The notes: generated by a model from the letters alone, not told the origin. A DNA stretch of 64,000 nt from Oceanispirochaeta sp. (GCA_963663385.2 CAXXXD010000002.1:736001-800000); one strand, 5' to 3'. Positions 1 to 10,294 are shown, counted from the stretch's first letter. Program-made: numbers and translations.

Positions 1-609
1 ACAAGAATCAATGAAGAGATGGTCAAGAACGCCGGTCTCAAGCCCGTACCCTTTATCGGAACTGATAACTACAGCGGTGCGGCTATGGGGGCCGACTATG
101 CCATGAAGAATCTAGGAATCGAAGGTTCCAAGGTTGCTATCCTGACAGGAATCAGCGGTCAGCAGAATGCAGCCGACAGAAGAAACGGATTTGTAGATAA
201 TGTTAAAGGTATCGATATCGTTGCCGAGCAGACCGCTAACTGGGAAGTAGAGCAGGGATATAATGTTCTTCAGAACATTCTGCAGGCCAATCCCGATATC
301 ACTTTTGTATCCTGTGGTAACGACGGAATGGCCCTTGGTGCAGCCCAGGCTGTTAAAGAAGCCGGAAAGGCCGATTCTGTTAAGGTTTTCGGATTTGATG
401 CTGTTTCCGCAGCTCTCGATGCCATTGAAGAGGGTGCTCTGGTAGGTACTGTAGCCCAGTTTCCTGCTGAAATGGGAATCCTCGGTGTACAGACCGCTAT
501 GAAGCTAATCGCCGGCGAGTCTGTTGAGATGACTACCTACACAAAAACGGAAGTTATCGATAAGAGCAACGTTGCCGAGTTCAAAGATTATCTGAAACAG
601 TTCAATTAA
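1..609 (+). CDS. Sugar ABC transporter substrate-binding protein (RbsB-like), 5'-truncated by the window edge
   Basis: Frame is open from base 1. Periplasmic-binding-protein type I motifs: FIGTDNY, RRNGF, ANW, NDGMALGA, GFDA, TVAQFP. Confidence 0.9.
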   Translation, partial: TRINEEMVKNAGLKPVPFIGTDNYSGAAMGADYAMKNLGIEGSKVAILTGISGQQNAADRRNGFVDNVKGIDIVAEQTANWEVEQGYNVLQNILQANPDITFVSCGNDGMALGAAQAVKEAGKADSVKVFGFDAVSAALDAIEEGALVGTVAQFPAEMGILGVQTAMKLIAGESVEMTTYTKTEVIDKSNVAEFKDYLKQFN

Positions 610-615
610 AAAACA

Positions 616-653
616 ATAAAGGGAGGTTTTATCTTAGGATAAAACCTCTTTAT
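616..653 (+). terminator. Intercistronic stem-loop after the substrate-binding gene
   Basis: GAGGTTTTATC-ttag-GATAAAACCTC, a perfect 11-bp stem with extendable A/T flanks. Confidence 0.6.
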
Positions 654-677
654 CAAAACAATAATAAAGGAAAGATC

Positions 678-2180
678 ATGACTTTACTGGAAATGAGCAG
701 CATCTCAAAAGAATTTCCCGGGGTAAAAGCCCTTGAAAATGTTGATTTTTCGATCGAAAAAGGGGAAGTGAGAATCCTTATTGGCGAGAATGGTGCTGGA
801 AAGTCAACGCTGATGAAAATCCTTGCAGGTGTTTACAAACCCGATAAGGGTTCGATCATTGTCGATGGAGAGGATGTTCTTGAAGAGAACTATACTCCCC
901 GAAAGGCAATCGAAACCGGTGTCGCTACTATCTATCAGGAACTCAATTTAAATAACTATACAAGTATCTACGAGAATATCTTTTCAGGTAAGGAACTTAC
1001 CAGGAATAGACTATTCATAAATAAGAGTGAAGAAATCAAGAAGTGCAAAACGCTGCTTCAAAAAGTCGGACTTGATATTTCTCCCATGGAGAAAGTCGGA
1101 AACCTGAGCATCGCACAGATGCAGATGATTGAAATTGCAAAAGCCCTTGCGTTTAACGCCAAGATAATTATATTTGATGAACCTACATCCTCGTTGACCG
1201 AAACTGAAACCAGAACCCTGTTCAAGATTATCAATGAACTGAAAGAAAACGGAATCGGTATTGTCTATATATCCCATCGTCTGGAAGAGCTGTTTGAAAT
1301 AGGGGATTCCTGTACGGTTCTCCGCGACGGTACTCTGATAGATACAAAGCCTGTGGCTGAGCTGACCGTTGAGACACTTATACAGATGATGGTGGGCCGA
1401 TGTGTGGACTCTGATGATGTTCATAGCAGCCACTTCAGCAATGAAGTCGTTCTGGAGATTAAAAACCTGTCCTGGGACGAGAAGCTCCACGATATCAGTT
1501 TTCAGTTGAGGAAAGGGGAGTGTCTTGCCTTCTCCGGCCTTGTCGGTTCGGGCAGGACGGAACTGGCTAAATGTATTATCGGGGAATATAAGCGTGACTC
1601 CGGTGAAATCATAATGAATGGCAAGACTCTTAATAATAAATCTGTTCAGGAATCGGTAAAGAACAAGATCGTTTACCTCAGCGAGGACAGAAAAAAAGAC
1701 GGACTTTTCCTGAAACACTCTGTTTGTAGGAACATAAGCATCTCTTCGCTGGACAGGCTGATCAAGGGCGGTCTGATCTCTTTAAAGAAGGAGAAGGAAA
1801 CCGCTTTAAAATCTATCAAAGAACTAACTGTCAAAACACCGAACAGCAAGGTAAACGCCGAGACTCTCAGCGGAGGTAATCAGCAAAAAGTTATCATAGC
1901 CAAATGGCTGTTAACCGATGGCGAGGTCTATATTTTTGACGAGCCCACCAGAGGAATTGATGTGGGTGCAAAATTTGAAATCTATAATGTAATGGAAGAA
2001 CTACTTCAAAACGGCGCCTCAATTATCATGATATCATCAGATATGCCGGAGGTATTGAATATGTCCGACCGTGTCCTTGTCATGCGGGAGGGATATTGCG
2101 AGGCTATTCTTGAGAACAACGGATTATGTCAGGAAGATATATTTCACTATGCAATAGGAGCAAACAAGTACAATGGATAA
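678..2180 (+). CDS. Sugar ABC transporter ATP-binding protein (RbsA/MglA type, two ABC domains)
   Basis: GENGAGKST Walker A, IIFDEPT, YISHRL, LSGGNQQKV, FDEPTRGIDVGAK; RBS AAAGGAA. Confidence 0.95.
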   Translation: MTLLEMSSISKEFPGVKALENVDFSIEKGEVRILIGENGAGKSTLMKILAGVYKPDKGSIIVDGEDVLEENYTPRKAIETGVATIYQELNLNNYTSIYENIFSGKELTRNRLFINKSEEIKKCKTLLQKVGLDISPMEKVGNLSIAQMQMIEIAKALAFNAKIIIFDEPTSSLTETETRTLFKIINELKENGIGIVYISHRLEELFEIGDSCTVLRDGTLIDTKPVAELTVETLIQMMVGRCVDSDDVHSSHFSNEVVLEIKNLSWDEKLHDISFQLRKGECLAFSGLVGSGRTELAKCIIGEYKRDSGEIIMNGKTLNNKSVQESVKNKIVYLSEDRKKDGLFLKHSVCRNISISSLDRLIKGGLISLKKEKETALKSIKELTVKTPNSKVNAETLSGGNQQKVIIAKWLLTDGEVYIFDEPTRGIDVGAKFEIYNVMEELLQNGASIIMISSDMPEVLNMSDRVLVMREGYCEAILENNGLCQEDIFHYAIGANKYNG

Positions 2181-3579
2181 CAAAAAAACGTATCATGTTG
2201 CCTTCGACTGCGGAAATTCATCCTTTCGTGTCCTCCTCGGTACATTTGAAAACGATAATCTGGTAGTTGATGTTATCGATCAGATCTCCAATGATCCCAT
2301 CAGAGTCAATGAGTACCTCTACTGGGATATCCTTAGAATCTTCGACGGGTTAAAGAAAGGATTGAAAAAAGCCTACGATAAAGTCGGCCGTATTGATACT
2401 GTAGGTATTACAACATGGGGTATCGACTTCGGAATCTTCTCAGAAAATGATCTCCTTATGAGCAATCCGCTCTGCTATCGAAATACTCTTGGTGTTGATT
2501 CATTTAATAACCATTCAGAAGAACAAAAGCATGAAAACTGGGATAATACGGGTATCCAGAATCATCCTATGAACTCACTCTATCAGATGGAAGGTATTCG
2601 AAAAAATATGCCGGAGGTATGGGATCAGGCCGACTCCATTCTGTTTATTCCTGATTTGCTGAACTATCTTTTTACAGGCAATAAATCAACTGAACGGACA
2701 ATCGCCAGTACCTCCCAGCTTTTTGATGTCAGAGAAAATGCCTATTCAGAGAAAATGCTTGAAAAGTACAATCTGTCAGCAGATTTACTCCCCAAGATAA
2801 TGGATCATGGTGAGCCCGTCGGCCTGCTGAAAGAAGAAATTTGCACCGAGCTGAATATTCCGGATCGCATACCATTTATCTGTACTCCCAGTCACGATAC
2901 GGCTTCAGCAGTGGTTGCAGTTCCCGGACCTGAAAATCAGTTGTTTCTAAGCTCCGGTACCTGGTCTCTTATTGGGGTAGAGTTGGATAGTCCTGTAATC
3001 ACTGAAGAATCATATAAAAGTGGTTTTACTAATGAAGCCGGGGCTTTTAATTCGATTACGTACTTAAAAAATGCAACCGGCTTATACTTGCTGCAGCAGA
3101 TCAAGAAGAATCTGGAAAAAAAATCCTATAATCTCAGTTGGGAAGATATGATGAATCTTGCTTTCGAGAATGAAGGCGAAGCCGTGGTTTATGATACAAA
3201 CGCGGAAATACTTTTCAGCGCAGATGATGTTGTGGGAGAAATCAGCAAGTTAATTGACTCGTCAAAACCGGAAGTTATCTTATCCAGTACCTATAAATCT
3301 CTTGCAGAATGTTACAGAGTCAATATTGAAAAGATATTCAATGTTACAGGGAAAAAGTTGTCTACCTTGTATATTATAGGGGGAGGCAGCCGGGACCGTT
3401 ATTTAAGCCAGCTGACGGCAAATGCAACTGGATTAAAAGTAATAGCAGGCCCGATTGAAGCTGCTTCCATCGGTAATATATGTATACAGAAGTGCTTCAC
3501 CAATAAGGACTGGACCATGGAAAAAATAAGGACTGTTGTCAAAAACTCCTTTGAATTGACCGAATATAAACCGTTATAA
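2173..3579 (+). CDS. Rhamnulokinase/fuculokinase-family FGGY sugar kinase (copy 1)
   Basis: AFDCGNSS, TWGIDFG, NPLCYR, SHDTASAV, SSGTWSLIG, FTNEAG, IIGGG, GPIEA. Confidence 0.9.
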   Translation: MDNKKTYHVAFDCGNSSFRVLLGTFENDNLVVDVIDQISNDPIRVNEYLYWDILRIFDGLKKGLKKAYDKVGRIDTVGITTWGIDFGIFSENDLLMSNPLCYRNTLGVDSFNNHSEEQKHENWDNTGIQNHPMNSLYQMEGIRKNMPEVWDQADSILFIPDLLNYLFTGNKSTERTIASTSQLFDVRENAYSEKMLEKYNLSADLLPKIMDHGEPVGLLKEEICTELNIPDRIPFICTPSHDTASAVVAVPGPENQLFLSSGTWSLIGVELDSPVITEESYKSGFTNEAGAFNSITYLKNATGLYLLQQIKKNLEKKSYNLSWEDMMNLAFENEGEAVVYDTNAEILFSADDVVGEISKLIDSSKPEVILSSTYKSLAECYRVNIEKIFNVTGKKLSTLYIIGGGSRDRYLSQLTANATGLKVIAGPIEAASIGNICIQKCFTNKDWTMEKIRTVVKNSFELTEYKPL

Positions 3580-3613
3580 CTTTTTTCATAATATAATTAA
3601 ATATTCCTTATTT

Positions 3614-3641
3614 CTGCTTCCCGGTTTGGGAGGCAGTTTTT
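3614..3641 (+). terminator. Rho-independent terminator after kinase 1
   Basis: CTGCTTCCC-ggttt-GGGAGGCAG followed by TTTTT. Confidence 0.75.
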
Positions 3642-3692
3642 ATAAATTGTCTATCATTGAATTTTCTTAAGTGTATTAACCTGTCAATTTCC

Positions 3693-3757
3693 ATTGTATT
3701 CGCCGGTAATATCTTTAAGATCTGATTATTGAAAAAATATCGGGTTGGGGGTAATCA
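3693..3757 (+). repeat. Degenerate copy of the promoter/start region of the GGDEF gene (15730-15798)
   Basis: attgtattcgccggtaatatc-tttaagatctgattattgaaaaaa..tatcgggttgggggtaatca aligns with attgtgttcaactataatatcttttaagatcagataatataaaaagtcatatcaggttggggatgatca. Confidence 0.65.
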
Positions 3758-3769
3758 CTTTATTCCGTA

Positions 3770-3889
3770 TTTTGCCAATACACTTTAGGGGGGAGAGCAA
3801 GTGCAGCTCCAGCGCAGTCCCCAATACCATGCCATTCCTGTATTTATCAGATAAGAGGGGTGAGTAGAACCGCTTTATCCACGGCATCC
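3770..3889 (-). pseudogene. Remnant of the 3' end of a paralog of the 195-aa secreted protein (17728-18315)
   Basis: Minus-strand translation MPWIKRFYSPLLSDKYRNGMVLGTALELHLL vs MPGIKLFYSPLLSDEYRDGMVLGTALELHML (26/31 identical); nucleotide similarity continues past the stop codon. Confidence 0.85.
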
Positions 3890-3893
3890 CGAA

Positions 3894-3985
3894 TCTGCTG
3901 TAATAGCCCTTCCTGGTTCTGAAATCAGTTTTTTCTCAGCCCTGGTACTTGGTCGCTCATCGGTATGGAGCTGGATGAGCCAATT
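3894..3985 (+). pseudogene. Frameshifted internal fragment of a third rhamnulokinase-family gene
   Basis: SAVIALPGSE, then a 1-nt shift at about 3923, then NQFFLSPGTWSLIGMELDEPI; compare kinase 1 SAVVAVPGPENQLFLSSGTWSLIGVELDSPV. Confidence 0.85.
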
Positions 3986-4028
3986 TTTAATGGATGTATG
4001 TTTTCCTCCATACCGAATTTATTTAATA

Positions 4029-4805
4029 TCATACTATTTTCAGTTCAATTCCGGATGATCGGATCTCGTCAGCAATCTCTTCTGAAATTCCTGTATCTGT
4101 TATTATAACATCAAAATCCTTGATATCAGCAAAATATAAGCTCTGAACTTTGTTGAATTTAGAGGAATCCAGTAGTAATACCCGTGTAAAGGCCGAATTT
4201 AATGCAGACCTTTTCAAGTCTCTTTCAAACTCGGCAGAGCAGGTTGCTCCCAGTCGCAGATTCATTCCGCTTGCCGAAAGGAAGGCTTTATTCACCCTTG
4301 TATTTTTGATCAGTTCAATGCCTTCCCGGCTTTCAAACATCATGGAACTTTTATGATACCGGCCACCAGGCAGTGTAACACAGGGTATATCTTTTGCCAG
4401 AATGATATTCAGTATGTTCAGGCTGAAACAGACTACTTTGATTTTTTGATAATCGGGTAGATTCTTTGCAAGAAATTCGGTGGTAGAACCGGCATCAATA
4501 AGAATCTGATCATCAGGCTCAATCATTCTAATTGCTTCCTGGGCAATACGTTGTTTTTCTATTTTAGATTCTGTTGAAGCCGAGATAACTGAGTATTGGG
4601 AACTGTCATCCATCTCTTTCGGCGGGTTGTAGAGAAACATACCGCGAATCATCTGAATATCCGGATCCTTCACTATTTCATCGATATCCCTTCTGATAGT
4701 CATAATTGAAACATTGAGAATCTCTGCCAGCTGCCTGATGGATAGAGACTGCGATTCCTTGATCAATTCTGTTGTCCTGTTCACCCGCTCCTGTTTGATA
4801 CCCAT
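4029..4805 (-). CDS. DeoR/GlpR-family transcriptional regulator
   Basis: N-terminal HTH LAEILNVSIMTIRRDI; DeoR C-domain motifs EKQRIA, ILIDAGSTT, LLLDSSKF, DVIITD. Confidence 0.93.
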   Translation of the reverse strand: MGIKQERVNRTTELIKESQSLSIRQLAEILNVSIMTIRRDIDEIVKDPDIQMIRGMFLYNPPKEMDDSSQYSVISASTESKIEKQRIAQEAIRMIEPDDQILIDAGSTTEFLAKNLPDYQKIKVVCFSLNILNIILAKDIPCVTLPGGRYHKSSMMFESREGIELIKNTRVNKAFLSASGMNLRLGATCSAEFERDLKRSALNSAFTRVLLLDSSKFNKVQSLYFADIKDFDVIITDTGISEEIADEIRSSGIELKIV

Positions 4806-4877
4806 ATGATCCTCACTTTTTTAATGTCATTAGGATACTGTTATTTCCCGTTCGTCCGCAATATCTGAAAAATAAAT

Positions 4878-4938
4878 TTGACAGGAAATATCAGCAATGT
4901 TACCATAGTAACACATAAATGATATTAAAGTAACATTG
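4878..4938 (+). promoter_or_regulatory. sigma70 promoter and overlapping operator for the aldolase-ABC-kinase operon
   Basis: TTGACA (4878)-17 bp-TACCAT (4901) with a TGn extension. Palindrome TGTTAC-cata-GTAACA (4898-4913) overlaps the -10, and a further GTAACATTG sits at 4930. Confidence 0.7.
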
Positions 4939-4954
4939 TTTAGGAGATGATAAT

Positions 4955-5611
4955 TTGCAAAATAGTAAAAACTCTTTTAAACAGGCCATTGTTGACGGCG
5001 GTATGGATCTATTCACCCAGGGGCTGACAGTCGGAACCTGGGGAAACCTCAGCATCAGGGATCCGGAAACAGGATTGATCTATATTAAACCGAGCGCTAT
5101 GCCATACCCGGATATCACGGCCGATGATGTTGTTGTTATGAACAGTCAGTTTGTGGTTGTGGAAGGGCACAGAAAACCTTCCATTGAGTACAACTTTCAT
5201 ATTTCCATTATGAATGAAAGACCTGATGTGAATGCTGTAATTCACACCCATCCCATCTATTCCAGTGTATTTGGCGTATTGAATGAAGACCTTCCCGGAA
5301 TCAGTGAAGATTTTGTTCAGATTGTGGGAGACAAAATCATAAATTGTGACTATGCCCTGCCCGGTACGCCTGAACTGGCTGTAAATGTCGTCAAGGCACT
5401 GGGTGACCGGAATGCCGTGATGATCCCCAATCATGGGACGATTTGCGTAGGAGGGGACTTCAAGGCTGCCATGAAAATAATATTTGTGGTTGAGAAATCA
5501 GCGCAGATATATATCATGGCCCGTTCAATAGGGACGCCGAAGCTGATTTCGGAGGAAGATATCCTGGCTATGCAGGATTTTGCCAGAAACCATTACGGTC
5601 AGGATAAATAA
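4955..5611 (+). CDS. Class II aldolase/adducin family (L-fuculose-1-phosphate aldolase-like)
   Basis: GTWGNLSIRD, KPSIE..FH, HTHP, PNHG zinc-ligand pattern; TTG start with RBS AGGAG. Confidence 0.88.
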   Translation: MQNSKNSFKQAIVDGGMDLFTQGLTVGTWGNLSIRDPETGLIYIKPSAMPYPDITADDVVVMNSQFVVVEGHRKPSIEYNFHISIMNERPDVNAVIHTHPIYSSVFGVLNEDLPGISEDFVQIVGDKIINCDYALPGTPELAVNVVKALGDRNAVMIPNHGTICVGGDFKAAMKIIFVVEKSAQIYIMARSIGTPKLISEEDILAMQDFARNHYGQDK

Positions 5612-5681
5612 ACTGTATTTTATTTTCGATCCCCGGATCGGGAATTTAATGATATTATTATAAAGAAGGAGAGTTGTAGAG

Positions 5682-6680
5682 ATGAAATGTTTTTTGAAAA
5701 ATGTGCTCATCGGATTGTTCTGTTTTCTACTCGTTTCTCCGGTTTTGTTTGCTGCAGGTCAGCAGGAAACCGCAGATGACAGGCTGGAAATCGCAACTGT
5801 TGTCAAGATCACCGGTATTCCCTGGTTCAACCGGATGGAAGAGGGGGTAAAGCAGGCAAAGAGTGAACTGGGTATTGATTCCTACCAGATCGGCCCGTCT
5901 GATGCAGATCCTGCCCAGCAGGTTCGAATGGTGGAAGACCTGATCAACAAAGGTGTCGATGCCATCTGTATCACCCCCAACGATGCCCATGCTCTTGAAC
6001 CGGCCTTTTTGAAGGCAGAGATGAAAGGAATCAAGATCATTACCCATGAATCTCCCGATCAGAATGGTAAAGATTATGATGTGGAGCTCATTGATAATGT
6101 CAAATTCGGACGCCATTTCTGGGATATGCTGGTTCAGTATATGGGTGATTCCGGTCAGTATGCTATTTTTGTCGGTGGACTGACAGTACCCCTTCACAAC
6201 CTGTGGGCTGATGAAGGCTTGAAATATGCAGCAGAGAAATACCCTAATCTTGAGCTTGTTGTCGAAAGAATCCCCTGTGGTGAGGATCAGGAACTGGCAA
6301 AACAGACTACTCTTGAACTTATCAAGACCTATCCCGACCTTAAAGGAATCATCGGTTTCGGCAGTCTGGGCCCTCCCGGTGCTGCTCAGGCGCTGAAGGA
6401 AAAAGGTCTGGCAGGCAAAGTAACAGTTGTCGGTACAGTGCTTCCTGATCATGCGGCTCCCTATCTGAAAGAGGGCTCCATGCAGCATGGTATCCTGTGG
6501 GATCCCAAAGACGCCGGATTTGCCATGTCCTGGATTGCCAAGCAGGTTGTCGAAGGAAAAACCATTGAATCCGGAATGGAAATCCCCGGACTGGGTAAAG
6601 TGGAAGTCGATGGTGATGTTATCAAGGTTGATGCTGTTATAGATATTACAAAAGATAATGTAGGCAGCTTTGGTTTCTGA
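5682..6680 (+). CDS. Sugar ABC substrate-binding protein, LsrB/RhaS-like
   Basis: Signal peptide ending AAGQQE; VKITGIPWFNRMEEG, DPAQQV, LWDPKDAG motifs. Confidence 0.88.
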   Translation: MKCFLKNVLIGLFCFLLVSPVLFAAGQQETADDRLEIATVVKITGIPWFNRMEEGVKQAKSELGIDSYQIGPSDADPAQQVRMVEDLINKGVDAICITPNDAHALEPAFLKAEMKGIKIITHESPDQNGKDYDVELIDNVKFGRHFWDMLVQYMGDSGQYAIFVGGLTVPLHNLWADEGLKYAAEKYPNLELVVERIPCGEDQELAKQTTLELIKTYPDLKGIIGFGSLGPPGAAQALKEKGLAGKVTVVGTVLPDHAAPYLKEGSMQHGILWDPKDAGFAMSWIAKQVVEGKTIESGMEIPGLGKVEVDGDVIKVDAVIDITKDNVGSFGF

Positions 6681-6708
6681 TAGTTACTGATATTTAATAA
6701 AAAAAATA

Positions 6709-6733
6709 CCCCTGCAGGGAAATACTGCAGGGG
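6709..6733 (+). terminator. Intercistronic stem-loop after the substrate-binding gene
   Basis: CCCCTGCAG-ggaaata-CTGCAGGGG. Confidence 0.55.
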
Positions 6734-6774
6734 ATCTATAAAAGTTAAACCAAAAATCTATGAGGTAGTGAAAT

Positions 6775-8271
6775 ATGTCCTCTGCTTTTCTTAAAATGAA
6801 GAATATCAGTAAGAGATACGCTGGTGTACAGGCATTAGACAATGTTAACCTGGAAATACAGGCGGGCGAAGCCCACTGTCTGGCAGGTATTAACGGATCG
6901 GGTAAATCTACCCTGATTAAAATTATATCCGGTGTGGAAGTTCCGGATGAGGGATCTGAAATCTACATTAATGGAAACAGAAGTATTAATCGGACTTCAA
7001 TTGATTCAATACATCAGGGTATTGAAGTTATCTATCAGGATCTCTCCCTTTTTCCCAATTTAACGGTAGCCGAGAATATTGGAATAAGCCGTATGATTTC
7101 CGGCAATAGAAAATTCCTGAATAAAAAAGAGTATATAGATATTGCCCGCAAGGCAATGGACCGCATCAATATAAAACTCCCCCTGGACAGCAAGGTCGAA
7201 TCTCTGTCCATAGCTGATCAGCAGCTGGTGGCAATCTGCAGAGCTTTGACGGGAGAGCTTAAACTGCTCATTATGGATGAACCCACAACCGCTCTGACCA
7301 AGAAAGAGGTTGATGCCCTGTTAAGAGTTGCCATAGATCTTAAAAAAAAGGGGATTGCCATAATATTTGTCAGCCATAAACTGAACGAAGTAATGGATGT
7401 CGCCGAAAAGGTGACAGTATTAAGAGACGGTGTTGAGATTGGCTGCTATCCTGCTTCCGAGCTCAATAGCGACAAGATTGAGTTCCTCATGACAGGAGGC
7501 AACTTCAAATACTCCAAAAACGAGGAAGCCTTTTCGGCAGATTCCCCCCTGCTGGAAGTGGAATCCCTGTCCAGAAAAGATAACTACAAGGATATCTCCT
7601 TTATCCTTCATCCCGGAGAAATCCTCGGAATCACCGGCCTGCTCGGTTCCGGGCGCACGGAACTGGCCATGTCTCTCTTTGGTATGAATCCCTATGATGA
7701 AGGGCGGATCAGACTGAAAGGCAAAGACATTAATTTCAGGACTATCGAAGAAGCAGTTGCCAATGGCGTGGCCTATGTTCCGGAAAACAGACTGGTTCAG
7801 GGGCTGGTTATGGAACAGTCTGTTTCCAGCAATACGGTTGTTACCATTATCGACAGGCTGCTGAAAAGCACAAAAACCATCGACCATGATAAAAAAGAGA
7901 AAATCGTGGCGGACCTGGTAAAAGATTTTAATATCAAGATACCTTCTGTTGATGCCCCGGTTTCCACATTATCCGGAGGAAATCAGCAAAAAGTGGTTCT
8001 GGCAAAATGGATTGCCACGGAGCCGGATCTGTTAATACTGGACGGGCCGACCGTCGGGGTCGATGTCGCAGCCAAAGGCAGTATACACGATGCAATCAAG
8101 GCGCTGGCAAAGCAGGGGCTGGGAGTTATCATCATTTCTGATGAAGTGGCGGAAGTTGTCAATAGCTGCCATCGCGTGCTTGTCATGAACAGGGGACGTA
8201 TCGTCTCTGAATTTTCTACAAAAGATTCTCAGGAAGAAGATATTCTGAAATGCATTGAAATGTCTGAATAA
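6775..8271 (+). CDS. Sugar ABC ATP-binding protein (two ABC domains)
   Basis: GINGSGKST, IMDEPTT, FVSHKL, LSGGNQQKV, ILDGPTVGVD. Confidence 0.93.
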   Translation: MSSAFLKMKNISKRYAGVQALDNVNLEIQAGEAHCLAGINGSGKSTLIKIISGVEVPDEGSEIYINGNRSINRTSIDSIHQGIEVIYQDLSLFPNLTVAENIGISRMISGNRKFLNKKEYIDIARKAMDRINIKLPLDSKVESLSIADQQLVAICRALTGELKLLIMDEPTTALTKKEVDALLRVAIDLKKKGIAIIFVSHKLNEVMDVAEKVTVLRDGVEIGCYPASELNSDKIEFLMTGGNFKYSKNEEAFSADSPLLEVESLSRKDNYKDISFILHPGEILGITGLLGSGRTELAMSLFGMNPYDEGRIRLKGKDINFRTIEEAVANGVAYVPENRLVQGLVMEQSVSSNTVVTIIDRLLKSTKTIDHDKKEKIVADLVKDFNIKIPSVDAPVSTLSGGNQQKVVLAKWIATEPDLLILDGPTVGVDVAAKGSIHDAIKALAKQGLGVIIISDEVAEVVNSCHRVLVMNRGRIVSEFSTKDSQEEDILKCIEMSE

Positions 8272-8281
8272 GGGTAATTGT

Positions 8282-9295
8282 GTGAAAAAAATATTAAAAT
8301 ATCATGAAACATATTTGCTGATGATAATTGTACTGTTGTCAATTGTGATAACAACGAAGAATGCGAATTTCTTCACAGCCGAAAATATGTTTGATCTGCT
8401 GAAAAGCAATTCGTTTGTAGGAATTATGGCCATAGGTGTCCTTCTGGTTCTCATCTCCGGAGGTATTGATATCTCTTTTGCCGCAATCGCTACGGTAAGC
8501 GAATATATAATGGCTGTTACGATAATCCGGATAGGAGGAACAATCTTTTCTGCAGTGGCTATTGCTGTTCTGATCGGCACCCTTCTCGGGTTTCTGAACG
8601 GGTATCTGATCTATCGCTTCCGGATTCCTCCCATTATAACAACTATTGCAACAATGAATATCTACTATGGCCTGCTGATTGTCATAACAGGGGGTAAATG
8701 GATCTATTCTCTGCCGGACTGGTTCCGTTCATTTGCAGAAATACGCCTCTTTACACTTCAGAACGCCAACGGGAACCCCTACGGGCTCTCTGTTATTACG
8801 GTAATCTGGATTCTGGTAATCCTGGCCGCTGTCGTTATACTCCGTTTTACCATTCTGGGGCGCGGTATCTATGCGCTGGGCGGAGACAGGAACTCTGCTG
8901 TCCGCGTAGGATTCAATGTCTTTCTGACCGAAACCTTTGTCTACTCTTTTCTGGGGTTCATGGCCGGTCTGGCCGGTGTCGTTCAGGCTCTTCTGGTTCA
9001 GACGGTTGCCCCCAATTCGATAGTCGGAAAGGAACTGGATGTAATTGCCGCTGTTGTTCTGGGCGGGGCAAGCCTTTCCGGCGGCAAGGGTAGTGTTCCC
9101 GGTGCCATCCTGGGAGTGGCTCTTCTGGCTATTCTGAAAAACGGTATGACCATGATGGCCGTCCCTGCCGTATGGTATGAGTTCTTCGTTGGCGCTGTAA
9201 TCCTGATCAGTATCGGATTCAGTTCATACCAGGAGAAGAAAAAACAGGGAAATACAACAATTATTGATGTGAAAGGGCAGGAAGAGGTATGTTGA
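8282..9295 (+). CDS. Sugar ABC permease (RbsC-like)
   Basis: Multi-[40 protein letters not shown] at 8282 chosen as start (ORF track starts at 8255). Confidence 0.9.
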   Translation: MKKILKYHETYLLMIIVLLSIVITTKNANFFTAENMFDLLKSNSFVGIMAIGVLLVLISGGIDISFAAIATVSEYIMAVTIIRIGGTIFSAVAIAVLIGTLLGFLNGYLIYRFRIPPIITTIATMNIYYGLLIVITGGKWIYSLPDWFRSFAEIRLFTLQNANGNPYGLSVITVIWILVILAAVVILRFTILGRGIYALGGDRNSAVRVGFNVFLTETFVYSFLGFMAGLAGVVQALLVQTVAPNSIVGKELDVIAAVVLGGASLSGGKGSVPGAILGVALLAILKNGMTMMAVPAVWYEFFVGAVILISIGFSSYQEKKKQGNTTIIDVKGQEEVC

Positions 9296-10275
9296 AAATA
9301 AATACAAAGAAAACTCCCGAGTTAAAAATACTTTCTCTTATCCTGGTCGGGGCATTTGTTCTGATGGCTATTCTTAGTCCGCGGGATTTCCTGAGGATCG
9401 GCACCTTTCAGGGCATGGCCTACCAGCTTCCGGAATTGGGACTGCTGTCTCTGGCCATGATGATCTCCATGCTGACCGGTGGAATCAATCTATCCATTAT
9501 TGCCACAACAAATATTTCCGCCATTACGGCGGCCATGATACTGACCTCCCGTATTGATCCCGCAGCGGCATCGTCCGGGGATGGGATGGTTATTGTCCTT
9601 GCCATTCTGGCCGCACTTCTTGTATCGGTTCTGGTGGGATTCATCAACGGGGTTCTGATCTCGGTAATCAATATCCCTCCCATTCTGGCTACTCTGGGAA
9701 CTATGAAACTCCTGCAGGGATTAGCTTTTATCGTGACTAGAGGGTATGTTATTTCCGGTATGCCGAAGGCGGTTATCCTGATTGGAAACGGGATGCTCCT
9801 GGGAATTCCGATTCCCCTCTTTATATTTGCGTTCTTTGCCTGGTTAATGGCTTTCTATCTGAACCATACCGCAACGGGTTTTAATATCTTTCTTTTCGGT
9901 TCAAACTCTATCGCTACTTTCTTTTCCGGAGTCAATAACAGAAAAGTGATTATCCAGACCTACATGCTGTCCGGGCTCTACTGCGGCGTGGCGGCACTGG
10001 TTATGATGTCCCGTTTCAATTCCGCCAAAGCCGGTTATGGCGAGTCTTATCTGCTGGTTACAATCCTTGCAGCCGTTTTAGGAGGCGTGAAAAGTGAAGG
10101 CGGATTCGGTACTGTAACCGGTCTGGTCCTTGCATTGGTTATCCTTCAGATTGTGGCGAATGGTTTGAATCTTATCGGTATCAGTTCGTTCCTTACCATG
10201 GCTATCTGGGGATTTATCATGATTACGGTTATGGTAATCCATTTTCTGAACAGTAAGAAAGCAATCCGGCAGTAG
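9289..10275 (+). CDS. Sugar ABC permease (second subunit)
   Basis: Multi-[21 protein letters not shown]. Confidence 0.9.
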   Translation: MLKINTKKTPELKILSLILVGAFVLMAILSPRDFLRIGTFQGMAYQLPELGLLSLAMMISMLTGGINLSIIATTNISAITAAMILTSRIDPAAASSGDGMVIVLAILAALLVSVLVGFINGVLISVINIPPILATLGTMKLLQGLAFIVTRGYVISGMPKAVILIGNGMLLGIPIPLFIFAFFAWLMAFYLNHTATGFNIFLFGSNSIATFFSGVNNRKVIIQTYMLSGLYCGVAALVMMSRFNSAKAGYGESYLLVTILAAVLGGVKSEGGFGTVTGLVLALVILQIVANGLNLIGISSFLTMAIWGFIMITVMVIHFLNSKKAIRQ

Positions 10276-10294
10276 GAAAACAGCAGGAGGTAAC

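Noticed and set aside
3955..4016. Mutually exclusive hairpins as an attenuator
   Set aside because: The left arms fall inside the kinase pseudogene fragment; probably coincidental or a simple deoR terminator.
5682..10275. AI-2 (Lsr) quorum-sensing uptake system
   Set aside because: The binding protein is LsrB-like, but there is no lsrR (SorC-type), lsrF or lsrG, and the kinase is RhaB-like; sugar catabolism is more parsimonious.
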